Shown here piece after piece: positions 8,742 to 19,194 of a stretch of 64,000 nucleotides of DNA. Each line of letters begins with the position of its first letter. Position 1 is the first letter of the stretch. The notes beneath the pieces are model-generated. The model did no database searches, had not been told where the DNA came from, and was given only the letters and a program-made list of their open reading frames with translations. The position numbers and the translations under genes are program-made. The DNA is from Vicinamibacterales bacterium. GTDB taxonomy: Bacteria > Acidobacteriota > Vicinamibacteria > Vicinamibacterales > UBA8438. The DNA lies in contig OZ220728.1 in NCBI GenBank assembly GCA_965116845.1, positions 4,920,433 through 4,984,432 on the forward strand, given 5' to 3'.

Positions 8742-9803
8742 CTACTTCCGTGCGCTCAGCGCTGCCGCCCAGGCGTCGCGGACGCCGTCCAGGGTGTCGA
8801 CGGGCGCCAGGATCAACGGCCGGGCGACGCGGCGCACGCAGTCCCGTTGCGCCTCTTCGGTGAGGTACTCGACGGGCGACTTCCCGTCGACGCGCGCCAG
8901 CAGGAGGCCCGGAAGCAGGTGCGCCGCCCGCCGCTCCAGCGCGGCGCGCGGCTCCCACACCACGCCGTCGAGGTAGGCGGAGGCCAGCGCATCGAATCCG
9001 ACCAGGAACCGGCCGGTCGCCGACGGCGTCCACAGGCACTTCAGCAGCAGGTGGTTCAGGCAGAAGGCGAGGTCGAAGGCCGGGTCGCCGTACCAGGCGC
9101 ACTCGGCGTCGAGGAAGATCGGTCCGCGCGGGCCGATCAGGATGTTCTTGGGGCTGACGTCCCCGTGGACCAGGGTCCGCCGCGTGCCCGCGGTGCGCGC
9201 GACGAGCGCGTCGAGGGCCAGGGCCAGGTCGGGATGGCGCTTGCCCGTTGCGACCAGATACGGCTCGAGACGGATGGCGTGGAAGATGTCGTCGGTCGCG
9301 AAGCGGGCTCGCACCTCGTCCCGCCCGGCCGCGGCGGCATGTAGCGCGGCGAGCCGCTGCCCCACGGCGCGGGCGGTCTCCGGGGATCCTACGCCGCGCC
9401 GGAGCTGCTCCTTCCAGAGCGGATGCCGCGCCGGATCGAGATAGCCCATGACGAAGCAGCCCGCCTCGGCATCGTGGGCGACGAGCGGCGGCACGCTGTC
9501 GGGCGCGACGCGGCGCGCCTCCAGCATCCACTCCCATTCGTAGCGGTTGCGCTCGACCGGCGCCTCCCAGAGCGCGGCCACCTTCAGGCGCGGCAGGGCC
9601 CGCTTCACGCAGACCGGCCCGTCCGGGAGGTCGACGCGCCAGATGTCGGACGAGACGCCCCCCGCGAGCGGCGTCATCGCCGGCGGGGTCCCACCGCCGG
9701 CGAGACCCATGCGCCGCAGCGCCGCGACGATCGGAGCGCGGCCGTCGGTCCCGGCGTCGCTGACCGTCACCGTGCGCGTATGATAGCGGCCGCCCGCAGC
9801 CAT
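8742..9803 (-). CDS. Phosphotransferase (APH/choline-kinase-like) family protein
   Basis: It has the kinase catalytic-loop motif HGDVSPKNILI, followed by LDAECAWYGDPAFDLAFCLNHLLLK, and an N-terminal GGVSSDIWRV nucleotide-loop-like motif. The start is uncertain; an alternative GTG is at 9770. Confidence 0.75.
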   Translation of the reverse strand: MAAGGRYHTRTVTVSDAGTDGRAPIVAALRRMGLAGGGTPPAMTPLAGGVSSDIWRVDLPDGPVCVKRALPRLKVAALWEAPVERNRYEWEWMLEARRVAPDSVPPLVAHDAEAGCFVMGYLDPARHPLWKEQLRRGVGSPETARAVGQRLAALHAAAAGRDEVRARFATDDIFHAIRLEPYLVATGKRHPDLALALDALVARTAGTRRTLVHGDVSPKNILIGPRGPIFLDAECAWYGDPAFDLAFCLNHLLLKCLWTPSATGRFLVGFDALASAYLDGVVWEPRAALERRAAHLLPGLLLARVDGKSPVEYLTEEAQRDCVRRVARPLILAPVDTLDGVRDAWAAALSARK

Positions 9804-10749
9804 GAAGGTCGTCCTCCACTACGCGGCCGGTCCCGGCCTGACGCGCCGGGTGGCCGAGGTCGAGCGGCAGCACGGACTCCGTGTCGCCGTCTGCCCGGTG
9901 GCGGATCGCGCGCGCTACCGGACCGAGATGGCCGACGCCGAGGTGGTGTGGCACCTGCTCGACCCGGTTACCGACGCCGTGCTCGAAGCCGCGCCGGCGC
10001 TCCGTCTCGTCCAGAAGATCGGCGTCGGGGTCAACACGATCGACCTCGAGTCGGCCCGGCGGCGCGGGGTGGCGGTCTGCAACATGCCGGGCACGAACAC
10101 GCAGGCGGTCGCCGAGATGACGCTGCTCCTCATCCTCGCCGCCCTGCGCCGCGTCGCCCGCCTCGACGCGGCGACGCGCGCCGGCGAAGGCTGGCGACTG
10201 CCGGCGGAGGTCCAGGACCGCTACGGCGAGGTGCGCGGCCGCACGGTCGGCCTCGTCGGCTACGGGTCGGTCCCCCGCCGGCTGGCGCCGATGCTCGCCG
10301 CGATGGGCGCGCGCATCCTGTTCGCGAGCCGCAGTCCGAAGCCGGACGCCACCGGCGAGCGGCGTTCGCTCGACGCCCTGCTCCGGGAGAGCGACGTCGT
10401 GTCGCTGCACCTCCCGCTGGCGACCGAAACCGAGCGGCTGATCGACGCAGCGGCGATCGCCCGGATGAAGCCCGGCGCCGTCCTCGTCAACACCGCGCGG
10501 GGAGCGCTCGTCGACGAGGCGGCGCTGGCCGACGCCCTCGGCCGCGGCCACCTCGGCGCAGCCGGCCTCGACGTCTTCGAGGCCGAGCCGGTCCCGCCCG
10601 ACAGTCCACTGCTGGACCTCGACAACGTCGTCGTCACGCCGCACGTCGCCTGGCTCACGCAGGAGACGATGGAGCGGAGCCTGGCCGTCGCGGCCGAGAA
10701 CTGCCGCCGGCTCGCCGCGAACGAGCCGCTGCTGCACCGCGTCGTGTAG
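9802..10749 (+). CDS. D-isomer-specific 2-hydroxyacid dehydrogenase family (PGDH/GyaR-like)
   Basis: It has the NAD-binding motif GRTVGLVGYGSVPRRLA. The catalytic region reads NTARGALVDEAAL...AGLDVFEAEP...VVVTPHVAW. Confidence 0.85.
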   Translation: MKVVLHYAAGPGLTRRVAEVERQHGLRVAVCPVADRARYRTEMADAEVVWHLLDPVTDAVLEAAPALRLVQKIGVGVNTIDLESARRRGVAVCNMPGTNTQAVAEMTLLLILAALRRVARLDAATRAGEGWRLPAEVQDRYGEVRGRTVGLVGYGSVPRRLAPMLAAMGARILFASRSPKPDATGERRSLDALLRESDVVSLHLPLATETERLIDAAAIARMKPGAVLVNTARGALVDEAALADALGRGHLGAAGLDVFEAEPVPPDSPLLDLDNVVVTPHVAWLTQETMERSLAVAAENCRRLAANEPLLHRVV

Positions 10750-10856
10750 AACGGGCGCGCCGCCGCAGGCGTTATCGCTCCGGCGAGACCGACTTGCGGA
10801 CCGCCCTCGACCATCTCCGCGGTGCGTCCCGACGGCGCCCGTCAAGGCGCGCGCCG

Positions 10857-11903
10857 TCAGGACGAGCGCCGCCCCAGGAGCGCGTGGCGGCGGCGCCGCG
10901 CGAGCTCCCGGAGGTCGGTGTCCTTGTCGGACTCGTCGACGATCTCCTGCCCCAGCAGCTCCTCGATCAGATCCTCGAGGGTGACGATGCCCTCGAAGCC
11001 GCCGAACTCGTCGATGACGGCCGCCAGGTGCCGCCGGTGCTCGAGGAACGTCCGCAGCAACCGATCGAGCGGGGCCGTGTCGACGACGAACTGCACCGGC
11101 CGCATCAGGCTGGCGATGGTCGCGTCGAACCGGTCGCGCGCCACGGCGGTCAGGATGTCGACCTTGTGCACGAGCCCGACGAGCTCCTCCGGGTCGTCGT
11201 CGTCGTGGACCGGCACGCGGCTGAACCGCTCGAGCTCGGGGAGCGCCGCCGCCTCCTCCGCGGTGACCGACGCGGCGAGCGTGAACACCACGGGCCGCGG
11301 CGTCATCACGTCGGCCGCGGTCCGCTTCTCGAGCGACAGGACGTTGCGGATCACGCGCGCCTCGTCGATGCGCAGGTCGCCCGACCCGAGCCCGAGCCGC
11401 ACCAGCGTCAGCAGCTCCTCGTCCGACATCCGCGGCTCGTGCTGTCCGCTCCAGACCAGCCGGGTGGCGAGCTGCGTCACCGCCACGAGGGGTCGGAAGA
11501 CGAGGACGAGGGCCTGGAGCGAGCGCGCCACGAGCGGCGCGAGGCCCCGCGCGTGGACGACGCCGACCGTCTTCGGAATGACCTCGGAGAGCAGCAGGAT
11601 GGCCAGCGTGAACGCCACCGAGAACGCCGGGACGCCGGGCCCGGCCGCGCCGAACAGGCTGCCCGCCAGCGCGCCGGCCACCGCCCCGCCGCCGGTGTTC
11701 GCGATGGTGTTCAGCGACAGCACGGCCGCGATCGGTTGATCGACGTGGCGGCGCATGCGCTTCAGGATGCGGCCGGACGGACGCCCGGCGCGGTCGAGCG
11801 CCTCGATATGGCTGGCGGGCACGGAGTAGAGCACCGCCTCGAACAGCGAGCAGGCGGCCGACGTGACCAGGACGAGCCCCACCACGAGAAGCAACTCAGC
11901 CAT
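10857..11903 (-). CDS. CNNM/DUF21 transmembrane domain + CBS-pair protein (hemolysin-family/CorC-like)
   Basis: The N-terminal DUF21-like membrane domain ([16 protein letters not shown]...[11 protein letters not shown]) is followed by tandem CBS-like repeats ([41 protein letters not shown]). Confidence 0.85.
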   Translation of the reverse strand: MAELLLVVGLVLVTSAACSLFEAVLYSVPASHIEALDRAGRPSGRILKRMRRHVDQPIAAVLSLNTIANTGGGAVAGALAGSLFGAAGPGVPAFSVAFTLAILLLSEVIPKTVGVVHARGLAPLVARSLQALVLVFRPLVAVTQLATRLVWSGQHEPRMSDEELLTLVRLGLGSGDLRIDEARVIRNVLSLEKRTAADVMTPRPVVFTLAASVTAEEAAALPELERFSRVPVHDDDDPEELVGLVHKVDILTAVARDRFDATIASLMRPVQFVVDTAPLDRLLRTFLEHRRHLAAVIDEFGGFEGIVTLEDLIEELLGQEIVDESDKDTDLRELARRRRHALLGRRSS

Positions 11904-11989
11904 GTGCGGTCTGCACCTCCGGGGCCGGCGACCCCGTGAGAGAATACGGGAGGGGGTGTCGCGACACCACCGCGGTGCCCGCAGCCACG

Positions 11990-13402
11990 ATGCCCGAACG
12001 GCGCTTCTACACCGACGTCAGCCGCTACTTCGACCGCGCGGCGGCGTTCACCGACTACCCGCCCGGATTGCTCGACCAGATCAAGCGCTGCAACAGCCTG
12101 TACCGGTTCGACTTCCCGGTGCGGCAGCGCGACGGCCGGGTGGAGGTGGTCCGCGCCTGGCGGGCCGAGCACAGCCAGCACCGCCTGCCGGTCAAGGGCG
12201 GCACCCGCTACAGCGCGGAGGTCGACGAGGACGAGGTGATGGCGCTGGCGGCGCTGATGACCTACAAGTGCGCCATCGTCGAGGTGCCGTTCGGGGGCGC
12301 GAAGGGCGCGATACAGATCGACACGCGACGCTACGACGTCGAGCAGCTCGAGCGCATCACGCGCCGTTACACCTACGAGCTGTCCCGCAAGAACTTCATC
12401 GGCCCCGCCGTGGACGTGCCCGCTCCCGACTACGGGACGGGCGAGCGGGAGATGGCGTGGATCGCCGACACCTACCAGTCGCTCCATCCCGACCAGATCG
12501 ACGCCCTCGGCTGCGTCACCGGGAAACCGGAGTCCCAGGGAGGCGTCAACGGGCGGGTCGAGGCGACGGGCCGGGGGCTGTTCTACGTCCTGAACGAGGT
12601 CTGCACGCAGGCCGACGACATGCGGCGCCTGGACCTCGCGCCCGGCCTCGAGGGCAAGCGCATCGTCATCCAGGGATTCGGCAAGGTCGGCTACTGGACG
12701 GCGCAGTGCTGCCACGACGCGGGGGCTCGCATCGTGGCCATCGCCGAGCACGACGGGGCCATCGCCGACCCGCGGGGTCTCGACCCGGCCCGCGTGCGCG
12801 AGCACCTCGGCGAGCAGGGAACGATCCTGCAGTTCCCCGGCGCGACGACGTCCGCCGACCGGTCGGCCGCCCTGGAGATGGACTGCGACGTGCTGATCCC
12901 TGCCGCACTCGAGAACCAGCTCACGGCGGAGAACGCGCCGGACATCCGGGCGCGGATCGTGCTCGAGGGCGCAAACGGCCCGACGACCCCGGAGGCCGAC
13001 GCCATCCTGCGCCGGCGGGGCGCGCTGGTCGTCCCCGACGTCTTCGCCAACGCGGGCGGCGTCATCGTGTCGTACTTCGAGTGGCTCAAGAATCTCTCGC
13101 ACGTTCGCTTCGGCCGCCTGGAGGCCCGCTACCAGGCGCATGCCGAGGACCGGCTGCTGCGGGCGGTGGAGCACGCCACCGGCGCGCGGCTCGCCGCCGA
13201 CGAGCGCGAGGCCGTCGTCCGGCCCGTCGACGAGCTGACCATCGTGAACTCCGGCCTCGAAGAGACCATGGTCACGGCCTACCACCAGATCCGCGACCTG
13301 ATGCAGGAGACCGACGACATCGACGACCTCCGCACCGCGGCGTTCCTGCTCGCCATCCGCCGCGTGGCACAGGCCTACCTGGAACGGGGCGTCTTCCCGT
13401 AG
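11990..13402 (+). CDS. Glu/Leu/Phe/Val dehydrogenase family, probable glutamate dehydrogenase
   Basis: It has the catalytic Lys motif [13 protein letters not shown] and the Rossmann motif [10 protein letters not shown]. The start is set at ATG 11990 rather than GTG 11936, which would lie too close to the divergent gene. Confidence 0.85.
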   Translation: MPERRFYTDVSRYFDRAAAFTDYPPGLLDQIKRCNSLYRFDFPVRQRDGRVEVVRAWRAEHSQHRLPVKGGTRYSAEVDEDEVMALAALMTYKCAIVEVPFGGAKGAIQIDTRRYDVEQLERITRRYTYELSRKNFIGPAVDVPAPDYGTGEREMAWIADTYQSLHPDQIDALGCVTGKPESQGGVNGRVEATGRGLFYVLNEVCTQADDMRRLDLAPGLEGKRIVIQGFGKVGYWTAQCCHDAGARIVAIAEHDGAIADPRGLDPARVREHLGEQGTILQFPGATTSADRSAALEMDCDVLIPAALENQLTAENAPDIRARIVLEGANGPTTPEADAILRRRGALVVPDVFANAGGVIVSYFEWLKNLSHVRFGRLEARYQAHAEDRLLRAVEHATGARLAADEREAVVRPVDELTIVNSGLEETMVTAYHQIRDLMQETDDIDDLRTAAFLLAIRRVAQAYLERGVFP

Positions 13403-13458
13403 ACCCGGAAGCGCTGCCCCAGGAGCGGGCGTGACCGCCGGCAGGCCTTGCCGCTGCC

Positions 13459-14718
13459 CTACGGGCTCAGATCGAGGGCGACGAGCGTGGTCCCGTTGCG
13501 GACGTAGAGCCGCCCGGCCGCGAGCGCCGGGTAGGCGCGCACGATGGGCGGCAGCACCTGGGCGCGGGCGAGCGGACGGAAGGCCTCGGGGGTCGCCTCG
13601 GCAAGCACCAGCTCGCCGGTCTCGCGCATGATCACCAGAAGCTCGCCGGCCAGGAGCACGGTGCCGGCGCGGAACCGGTCCTCGCTCCACGCCACGTCGC
13701 CCGTGGCCATCTCGACGGCGCGGAAGCTCGGCCCGAACTCCTGCCGCCCGTGGTAGCCGTAGAGGTGGCCGTCGCGGTGCACGCTCGTGGCGTAGTGGTT
13801 CGACAGGGCGTCGTCGGAGGTCCAGAGCTCGCGCAGGCGGCCGCCGTCGACCTCGAACACGCCGGCCCCGGTGCCATACTGCGCCGACGCGAAGATCCGG
13901 TCGCCGACCACGAGCGGGGTCGCGGCGTTGACCGAGGCGCGTATGCGGGCGCGCCAACTCCGCTCGAAGCGCGTCCGGCCGGTCGCCGGGTCGAGGCCCA
14001 GCAACGCGTTGCGGGTGAGGAAGACGGCGTGGCGCGCGCCGCCGAACGTCGCCCCGACCCCCGACGAGTAGCTCGCGTCGTCGCCCGTGACGGTCCACAG
14101 CACGTCCCCGGTCGCGGCGTCGAACGCGACGATGCCGGCGTCCCGTCCGCCGATGTTCGCGAGCACGCGCCCGTCCTCGACGAGGGGCGAGCCGGCGGCG
14201 CCGAAGAAGGCCTTGCGAAAGCGGAAGCGCTCGCGGGTGTCGACGCTCCAGAGGCCGTCGCCGGTCTCGAGGTCGACTGCGTGGAGCTGCCCCTGCGCCC
14301 CGAACGTGTAGACGCGCCCCCCGGCCACGACCGGAGCGGAGCGCGGACCCTCGTCGAAGCCGAAGTCGTCGCGGTACGTCGTCGGGTAGTCGTAGCGCCA
14401 GATCGGCTCGCCGGTGCCGACAGCGAGCGCCTCCAGCACCTCGGCGCCGCGCTCGCGGTGGAAGAGCAGCAGGCGCTCGCCGGCGACGACCGGCCCCGCG
14501 AACCCCTGGCCCACCGGGCGCCGCCACAGCTCCGCCGGCGCCCCGCCGCTCCATTCCCGCGCCAGCGGCGGGCCGTCGTAACGCCCGTCGCGATCCGGCC
14601 CGAGAAACTGCGGCCAGTCCTGGGCCGCGGCCGGGAGCGCCAGCACCGTGAGCGCGGCCACCGCGGCCAGCACGAGCCCGACGCGAGCGGTCGACGACAG
14701 GCGATGGAATCCGGTCAC
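13459..14718 (-). CDS. Secreted PQQ-like (BamB-like) beta-propeller repeat protein
   Basis: The GTG start at 14718 has a strong SD (GGGAGGGAGG 7-8 nt upstream) and gives a signal peptide ending LPAAAQ. It contains repeated propeller blades (GEPIWRYDY, GDGLWSVDT, GDVLWTV, GDVAWSE). A longer N-terminus would run toward the GNAT gene. Confidence 0.7.
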   Translation of the reverse strand: MTGFHRLSSTARVGLVLAAVAALTVLALPAAAQDWPQFLGPDRDGRYDGPPLAREWSGGAPAELWRRPVGQGFAGPVVAGERLLLFHRERGAEVLEALAVGTGEPIWRYDYPTTYRDDFGFDEGPRSAPVVAGGRVYTFGAQGQLHAVDLETGDGLWSVDTRERFRFRKAFFGAAGSPLVEDGRVLANIGGRDAGIVAFDAATGDVLWTVTGDDASYSSGVGATFGGARHAVFLTRNALLGLDPATGRTRFERSWRARIRASVNAATPLVVGDRIFASAQYGTGAGVFEVDGGRLRELWTSDDALSNHYATSVHRDGHLYGYHGRQEFGPSFRAVEMATGDVAWSEDRFRAGTVLLAGELLVIMRETGELVLAEATPEAFRPLARAQVLPPIVRAYPALAAGRLYVRNGTTLVALDLSP

Positions 14719-14854
14719 GGGTGGCCTCCCTCCCTCGGTCGCAGCCGAACGGCGACGCGCGCCGCCGATCCAGCCGCCGTCCACGCTCGGCGCCCGTCCA
14801 GCGGCGGTGCCGGTCAGCGCACCGCCGACCGCAGCGCACCCGGCCGGCGCCCGG

Positions 14855-15430
14855 TCAGCGCGCAACGTCCGGCCCCCGAGATCCCCCGGCGCGCCGCCAG
14901 TCGCTGGCGAGCATCCCGTAGACGACATGGTCTACGAAGTGATCGTAGAGCCACTCGGCCTCGCGCAGCATCCCCTCCTCGCGAAAGCCGAGGCGGCGCG
15001 GGACGGCGCAGCTCCGCCGGTTCCCGGCCGCGCAACGGATCTCCACCCGGTTGAGCCGCGCGGCATCGAACGCGTGGGCGACGAGGGACCGGCAGGCGGC
15101 CGTGACGAGCCCGCGGCCCTCGTAGGCCTCGCCCAGCCAGTAGCCGAGGGAGGTGTGGCGGTTGCGCCAGTCGATGCGGTGGTGGCCGATGATGCCGGCG
15201 ATGGCCCCGTCGACCCGGACCGCGAACTGCGCACCGTCGTTGCGGGACGCCTGCCTCTCGGCGGTCCGGATGAACGCCCGCGTGTCCTCGACGCGGCGGA
15301 TGCCGTCGAGCCATGGCAGCCACACCCGCAGGTGGGCGCGGTTGGCGTCGGTCAGGGTGAACAGGTCCGGGGCGTCGTCGAGATCGAGGGGGGTCAGCCG
15401 GACGTCCGCCGAGATCGCGATCGTCTGCAT
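14855..15430 (-). CDS. GNAT family N-acetyltransferase (RimJ/RimL-like)
   Basis: The start ATG is at 15430. It matches the RimJ-type pattern: GIIGHHRIDWRNRHTSLGYWLGEAYEGRGLVTAACRSLVAHAF...RVEIRCAAGNRRSCAVPRRLGFREEG. Confidence 0.8.
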   Translation of the reverse strand: MQTIAISADVRLTPLDLDDAPDLFTLTDANRAHLRVWLPWLDGIRRVEDTRAFIRTAERQASRNDGAQFAVRVDGAIAGIIGHHRIDWRNRHTSLGYWLGEAYEGRGLVTAACRSLVAHAFDAARLNRVEIRCAAGNRRSCAVPRRLGFREEGMLREAEWLYDHFVDHVVYGMLASDWRRAGGSRGPDVAR

Positions 15431-15501
15431 GCGGCGGCCGCGATTATACTGAACGGTCGTCACCCGGCCCGCCGTCCGATTCACCCGCCCAAGGAGGAAC
15501 G

Positions 15502-16794
15502 GTGAGACGCTTCCGGATTGCCGTAGCGATTACTGCGAGCCTGCTCGCCGGTCTGCCGGCCGCGCCCGCGGAGGCTCAGAGCGAGGGGGCGGGCGCGAGC
15601 TCCGTCCGCATGATCCCGGTCGACGGGGAGGCCGCGCGCTACTGGTCGCGCTGGCGCGGTCCCTCGGGCCAGGGGCTGGTGGAAGGCACCGGCTACCCCG
15701 ATCGCTGGTCGGAGACCGACAACGTCGTCTGGCGCACCGCGGTGCCGGGCAGCGGGAACTCGTCGCCCATCGTCTGGGGCGACCGGATCTTCCTGACCAC
15801 CGGGCGAACCGGGGGCCGCCGGCTGTCGGTGCTGGCCTTCCGGCGGTCCGACGGCGAGTTGCTGTGGGAGACCGACGCCGCCCCCGGCGGCCGCGAGTAC
15901 GTCCACCCGAAGAACGGACCCGCCGCGGCCACGCCGGTGACCGACGGGGAGCGGGTGTACGCCTCGTTCGGGAGCCGCGGGCTCGTAGCGATCGACTTCG
16001 ACGGCAACCGCCTGTGGCACACCGAAGTCGGCCAGATCGACAACTACCACGGGCCCGCCGGGTCGCCGCTGCTCTACGGCGACCGCATCATCCTCTACCA
16101 GGACCAGCGTCCGGGCGGCTTCGTGGCCGCCTACGACACCCGAACCGGGGCCGAGGTGTGGCGCACGGAGCGGGATGCGACCGTCGGCTGGGGCACGCCG
16201 GTGGCCATCCGCGCCGGCGATCGCGACGAGCTGATCGTGAGCAGCCAACGGACGGTGAACGCCTACGATCCGGACACGGGCGAGGAGCTGTGGCGCTGCC
16301 GGGGAAACAACTTCGAGGTCATCCCGACCCCGGTGGTCGAGGCCGGGCTCGTCTTCTGCACGTCGGGGCGCGCCGGGCCGACGCTGGCCATCCGTCCCGG
16401 CGGAAGCGGCGACGTCACCGGCACCCACGTGGAGTGGACGACGCCGCGCGGCTCACCGTTCGTGCCCTCGCCCCTGGCGCACGACGGCTACCTCTACACG
16501 ATCAACGACATGGCGAGCATCGTCACCTGCTTCCGGGCCGCCACCGGCGAGGTCGTCTGGCAGGGCCGGCTCGGCCGCGCCGTCCGCGAAGGCTTCTCCG
16601 CCTCGCCGGTGCTCGTCGACGGCAAGCTCTTCCTCACCAACGACGACGGCATCACCTTCGTCCTGCGCGCCGGTCCGGAGTTCGAGATCCTGCACACGAA
16701 CGACATCGGCGCCCGCACGCTGGCGTCGCCGGCGCTGGTCGACGGCTACTGGTACATCCGCACGGAGGGCGAGCTGATCGCCATCGGAGGATAG
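15502..16794 (+). CDS. Secreted PQQ-like beta-propeller repeat protein
   Basis: The GTG start is preceded by AGGAGG. The signal peptide ends APAEAQ. Repeated blade motifs are present (GELLWETD, GNRLWHTE, GAEVWRTE, GEELWRC, GEVVWQG). Confidence 0.75.
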   Translation: MRRFRIAVAITASLLAGLPAAPAEAQSEGAGASSVRMIPVDGEAARYWSRWRGPSGQGLVEGTGYPDRWSETDNVVWRTAVPGSGNSSPIVWGDRIFLTTGRTGGRRLSVLAFRRSDGELLWETDAAPGGREYVHPKNGPAAATPVTDGERVYASFGSRGLVAIDFDGNRLWHTEVGQIDNYHGPAGSPLLYGDRIILYQDQRPGGFVAAYDTRTGAEVWRTERDATVGWGTPVAIRAGDRDELIVSSQRTVNAYDPDTGEELWRCRGNNFEVIPTPVVEAGLVFCTSGRAGPTLAIRPGGSGDVTGTHVEWTTPRGSPFVPSPLAHDGYLYTINDMASIVTCFRAATGEVVWQGRLGRAVREGFSASPVLVDGKLFLTNDDGITFVLRAGPEFEILHTNDIGARTLASPALVDGYWYIRTEGELIAIGG

Positions 16795-16810
16795 CCGGAC
16801 GGTTCCCGGG

Positions 16811-16847
16811 CAGGAGTGTCTGCGCCGCAGAACGGCGCGGACTCCTG
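16811..16847. repeat. REP-like hairpin (short form of the 84-nt element), likely bidirectional terminator between convergent genes
   Basis: The sequence caggagtgtctgcgccgcagaacggcgcggactcctg forms an imperfect inverted repeat. It is homologous to the hairpin module of the copies at 30187-30354 and 60990-61072. Confidence 0.6.
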
Positions 16848-16856
16848 CCGGCCGGC

Positions 16857-17846
16857 TCACGGCTCCAGGCTGGCCGTGTAGGCCACGATATCGACGATGT
16901 CCTCCACGCTGAGGTTGGCCACCGCGGCGTCCATCAGGTCCGACCACGCGCCGTCGCGCACGCCGGTCTGCAGGTCGTAGAGCTGGCGCGCCATGTAGGT
17001 CGGCGAGCGGCCGGCGAGTGCCGGCACCGGGCCGATGCCGCGCAGATCGTCCCCGTGGCAGACCGTGCACGCCACGGAGTTGTCGCCCCCCGTGGTCACG
17101 ATCCTGCGCCCGCGCGCCACCGCGCCCCACGGCACGTAGGCGATGAAGCCGGAGGCGTCGTCGCGCAGCTTGGTCAGTTTCAGGTCCACCGGCGTCTCGA
17201 CCACGCGCGGGCCGATCGACTCCACGACGCCGCCCTCGACCACCTCGTGAATCCATCCCGCGAAGCGCGTCTCGGGCACGGCGTGGGTCTCCACGACGCG
17301 GACCCAGGGCTGGAACTCCAGCGACGAGAAGTACTCGGCCGCGATCCGCGCCTCCTCGTCGGTCGCGGCCAGGCCGATCCGCTCCATGAACGCGGGCGGC
17401 CCCATGCGCGGCTCGCCGGGCCTGCGCCGGCCGTTCCGCCAGTCCGTCATCTGCTGCACGAGGTACTCGTAGGGCTGGCCGGCGAGACCTGCGTTCTCCG
17501 GCTTTCCCTGCCCGTTCGGCAGGTGGCAGTAGCCGCACGCGACGACGCCCTCGCCGCCGCCGCGCGCCACGACGTCCGGCATCGGCGGATGGCCGTCCGG
17601 GTGCCAGTCCGGCGGGCCGTTGTCGATGTTGATGGCCGAGCGCGGCATCGACACGGGGGAGCCGGGCACCGTGACCACCTCGTCCGGGTCCACGGCCTCC
17701 GCGCTCGCGTCCGGGTCGTTGAGCACGTAGGCCCACGGCAACACCGCATGAGCTCCCTCGGGCTCCTGCTGCGCGTCCAGTTGCGCGCCGGCTGCGACAC
17801 CGGCCGCCGCCAACCCTACCGTCCATGCGCCGATCGAGTGCTTCAT
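16857..17846 (-). CDS. Dihaem c-type cytochrome
   Basis: It has two CxxCH motifs (CGYCHLPNG and CTVCHGDDL). The ATG at 17846 has GGAGG 5 nt upstream. The N-terminus is signal-like (MKHSIGAWTVGLAAAGVAAGA). Confidence 0.75.
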   Translation of the reverse strand: MKHSIGAWTVGLAAAGVAAGAQLDAQQEPEGAHAVLPWAYVLNDPDASAEAVDPDEVVTVPGSPVSMPRSAINIDNGPPDWHPDGHPPMPDVVARGGGEGVVACGYCHLPNGQGKPENAGLAGQPYEYLVQQMTDWRNGRRRPGEPRMGPPAFMERIGLAATDEEARIAAEYFSSLEFQPWVRVVETHAVPETRFAGWIHEVVEGGVVESIGPRVVETPVDLKLTKLRDDASGFIAYVPWGAVARGRRIVTTGGDNSVACTVCHGDDLRGIGPVPALAGRSPTYMARQLYDLQTGVRDGAWSDLMDAAVANLSVEDIVDIVAYTASLEP

Positions 17847-17929
17847 CGGGGACCTCCGCGTGGTCAAGGGTCGAGGCGCGCGGCCCCGATCCGAGCCGGG
17901 ACCCAGCCATCATACATACCGGCGCAGGC

Positions 17930-18925
17930 TCAGAAGATCGCCAGCGGGTTGAGCGGCGAGCCGGTGCCGCCGTCGACGGCGAGCGGCGCCGCGACGAGCA
18001 GGAAATCCCAGCGGTTCCGGCGGGCCGCCTCGGCGGCGACCGCCTCGAGGTCGAGGTTGTCGAACAGCGGCATCCCCATCGCGATGATCGTGAGCTGGTG
18101 AATCGGCTGCGTCACGCCCTCGACGCCGGACGGCAGGACGTCGTTGGTGCCGTCGGCGCCGAGCATCGCGACGCCCCGCTCGCGGAGCCAGGGCGCGACC
18201 GACGCGTGGAGCCCCGCCGCGTCGCGGTTCATCTCCCACGGCCCGTGCTCGGCGCGCCGGGCCCAACGGCCGGTGCGCACGAAGAGAATGTCGCCGGTCT
18301 CGACGCGGACGCCCGCCTCGCGCTCCCAGGCTTCGAGATCCTCGACGCGGATCGGGGTGCCGGGCTCGAGGTAGTCGACGCCCTTGAGGCGCGCGATGTC
18401 CATCAGGACGCCGCGGCTGACGATGCCCTGCTTGAAGTTGATGACCGCGAGCTTCGCGCAGCCGTCCGCGGTCACCTCCTCGTCGCGGACGAAGCCGTTG
18501 TACATCCGCCCGTCGTGCATCATGTGACAGAGCGAGTCCATGTGGGAGTGCGCGTAGCCGTGGTAGGCGAACGTGTAGCGGTCGCTGCGGAACGGGCCCG
18601 GCCGGTCGGGCCCCAGCATCTCGTAGCCGACGGGGAAGGTGGCCTCGACGTCCGCCTCCGTGAGATACGTGTGCGACAGCGACACCGGGATGCCCGCCGT
18701 GACGAGCGCGGCCGCCGCGGCGCGCTTCTCCGGCGTGACCAGGTTGAGCGTCCCCGCCTGGTCGTCCTCGCCCCAGCGCCCCCAGTTCGAGAGATCCGTC
18801 ATCCACTGCTCGACCGTCGCGGCGGTCACCTCCGCCGACTGCGCACGGAGCGGTCCGGAGGAGAGAACGCCGATCGCCAGCACGCCTGCCACTGCCGCCA
18901 CCGTCGCGATTCGATACGCCTTCAT
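17930..18925 (-). CDS. Secreted cyclase family protein (kynurenine-formamidase-like fold)
   Basis: It has a signal peptide (MKAYRIATVAAVAGVLAIGVLS). It also shows cyclase-family blocks (GRWGEDDQAGTLNL and HGYAHSHMDSLCHM). Confidence 0.8.
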   Translation of the reverse strand: MKAYRIATVAAVAGVLAIGVLSSGPLRAQSAEVTAATVEQWMTDLSNWGRWGEDDQAGTLNLVTPEKRAAAAALVTAGIPVSLSHTYLTEADVEATFPVGYEMLGPDRPGPFRSDRYTFAYHGYAHSHMDSLCHMMHDGRMYNGFVRDEEVTADGCAKLAVINFKQGIVSRGVLMDIARLKGVDYLEPGTPIRVEDLEAWEREAGVRVETGDILFVRTGRWARRAEHGPWEMNRDAAGLHASVAPWLRERGVAMLGADGTNDVLPSGVEGVTQPIHQLTIIAMGMPLFDNLDLEAVAAEAARRNRWDFLLVAAPLAVDGGTGSPLNPLAIF

Positions 18926-19194
18926 TTGATGATCTCTCCGCTCCATCCTGGGGTTCCCTGCTCCGTCCGCGGGCCGCGCTTCCTGTCATTCCACGAGCGT
19001 GCGCGCCGGAGCGGCTACGGCTTCGTGCCCAGTCGCGCCTGCCGCGTCCCGGCCCGCGGCGACGCTGTAGTTTCGCCGGTTCAAACGGGGGGTGGCAAGA
19101 ACCGCGGAGGCGGCGTCGAATCGGTGTCCCCGCCCGCCCGCGGTCACCCGGGAGGAACGATCGTGGCGCGCCAGGAGCGTAGTACGCTGGCGCG

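Noticed and set aside
8629-11939. 738-aa minus-strand and 838-aa plus-strand ORFs overlapping the kinase-like, dehydrogenase and CNNM genes
   Set aside because: These are read-through artefacts with Arg/Gly/Pro/Ala-dominated composition that conflict with motif-supported genes.
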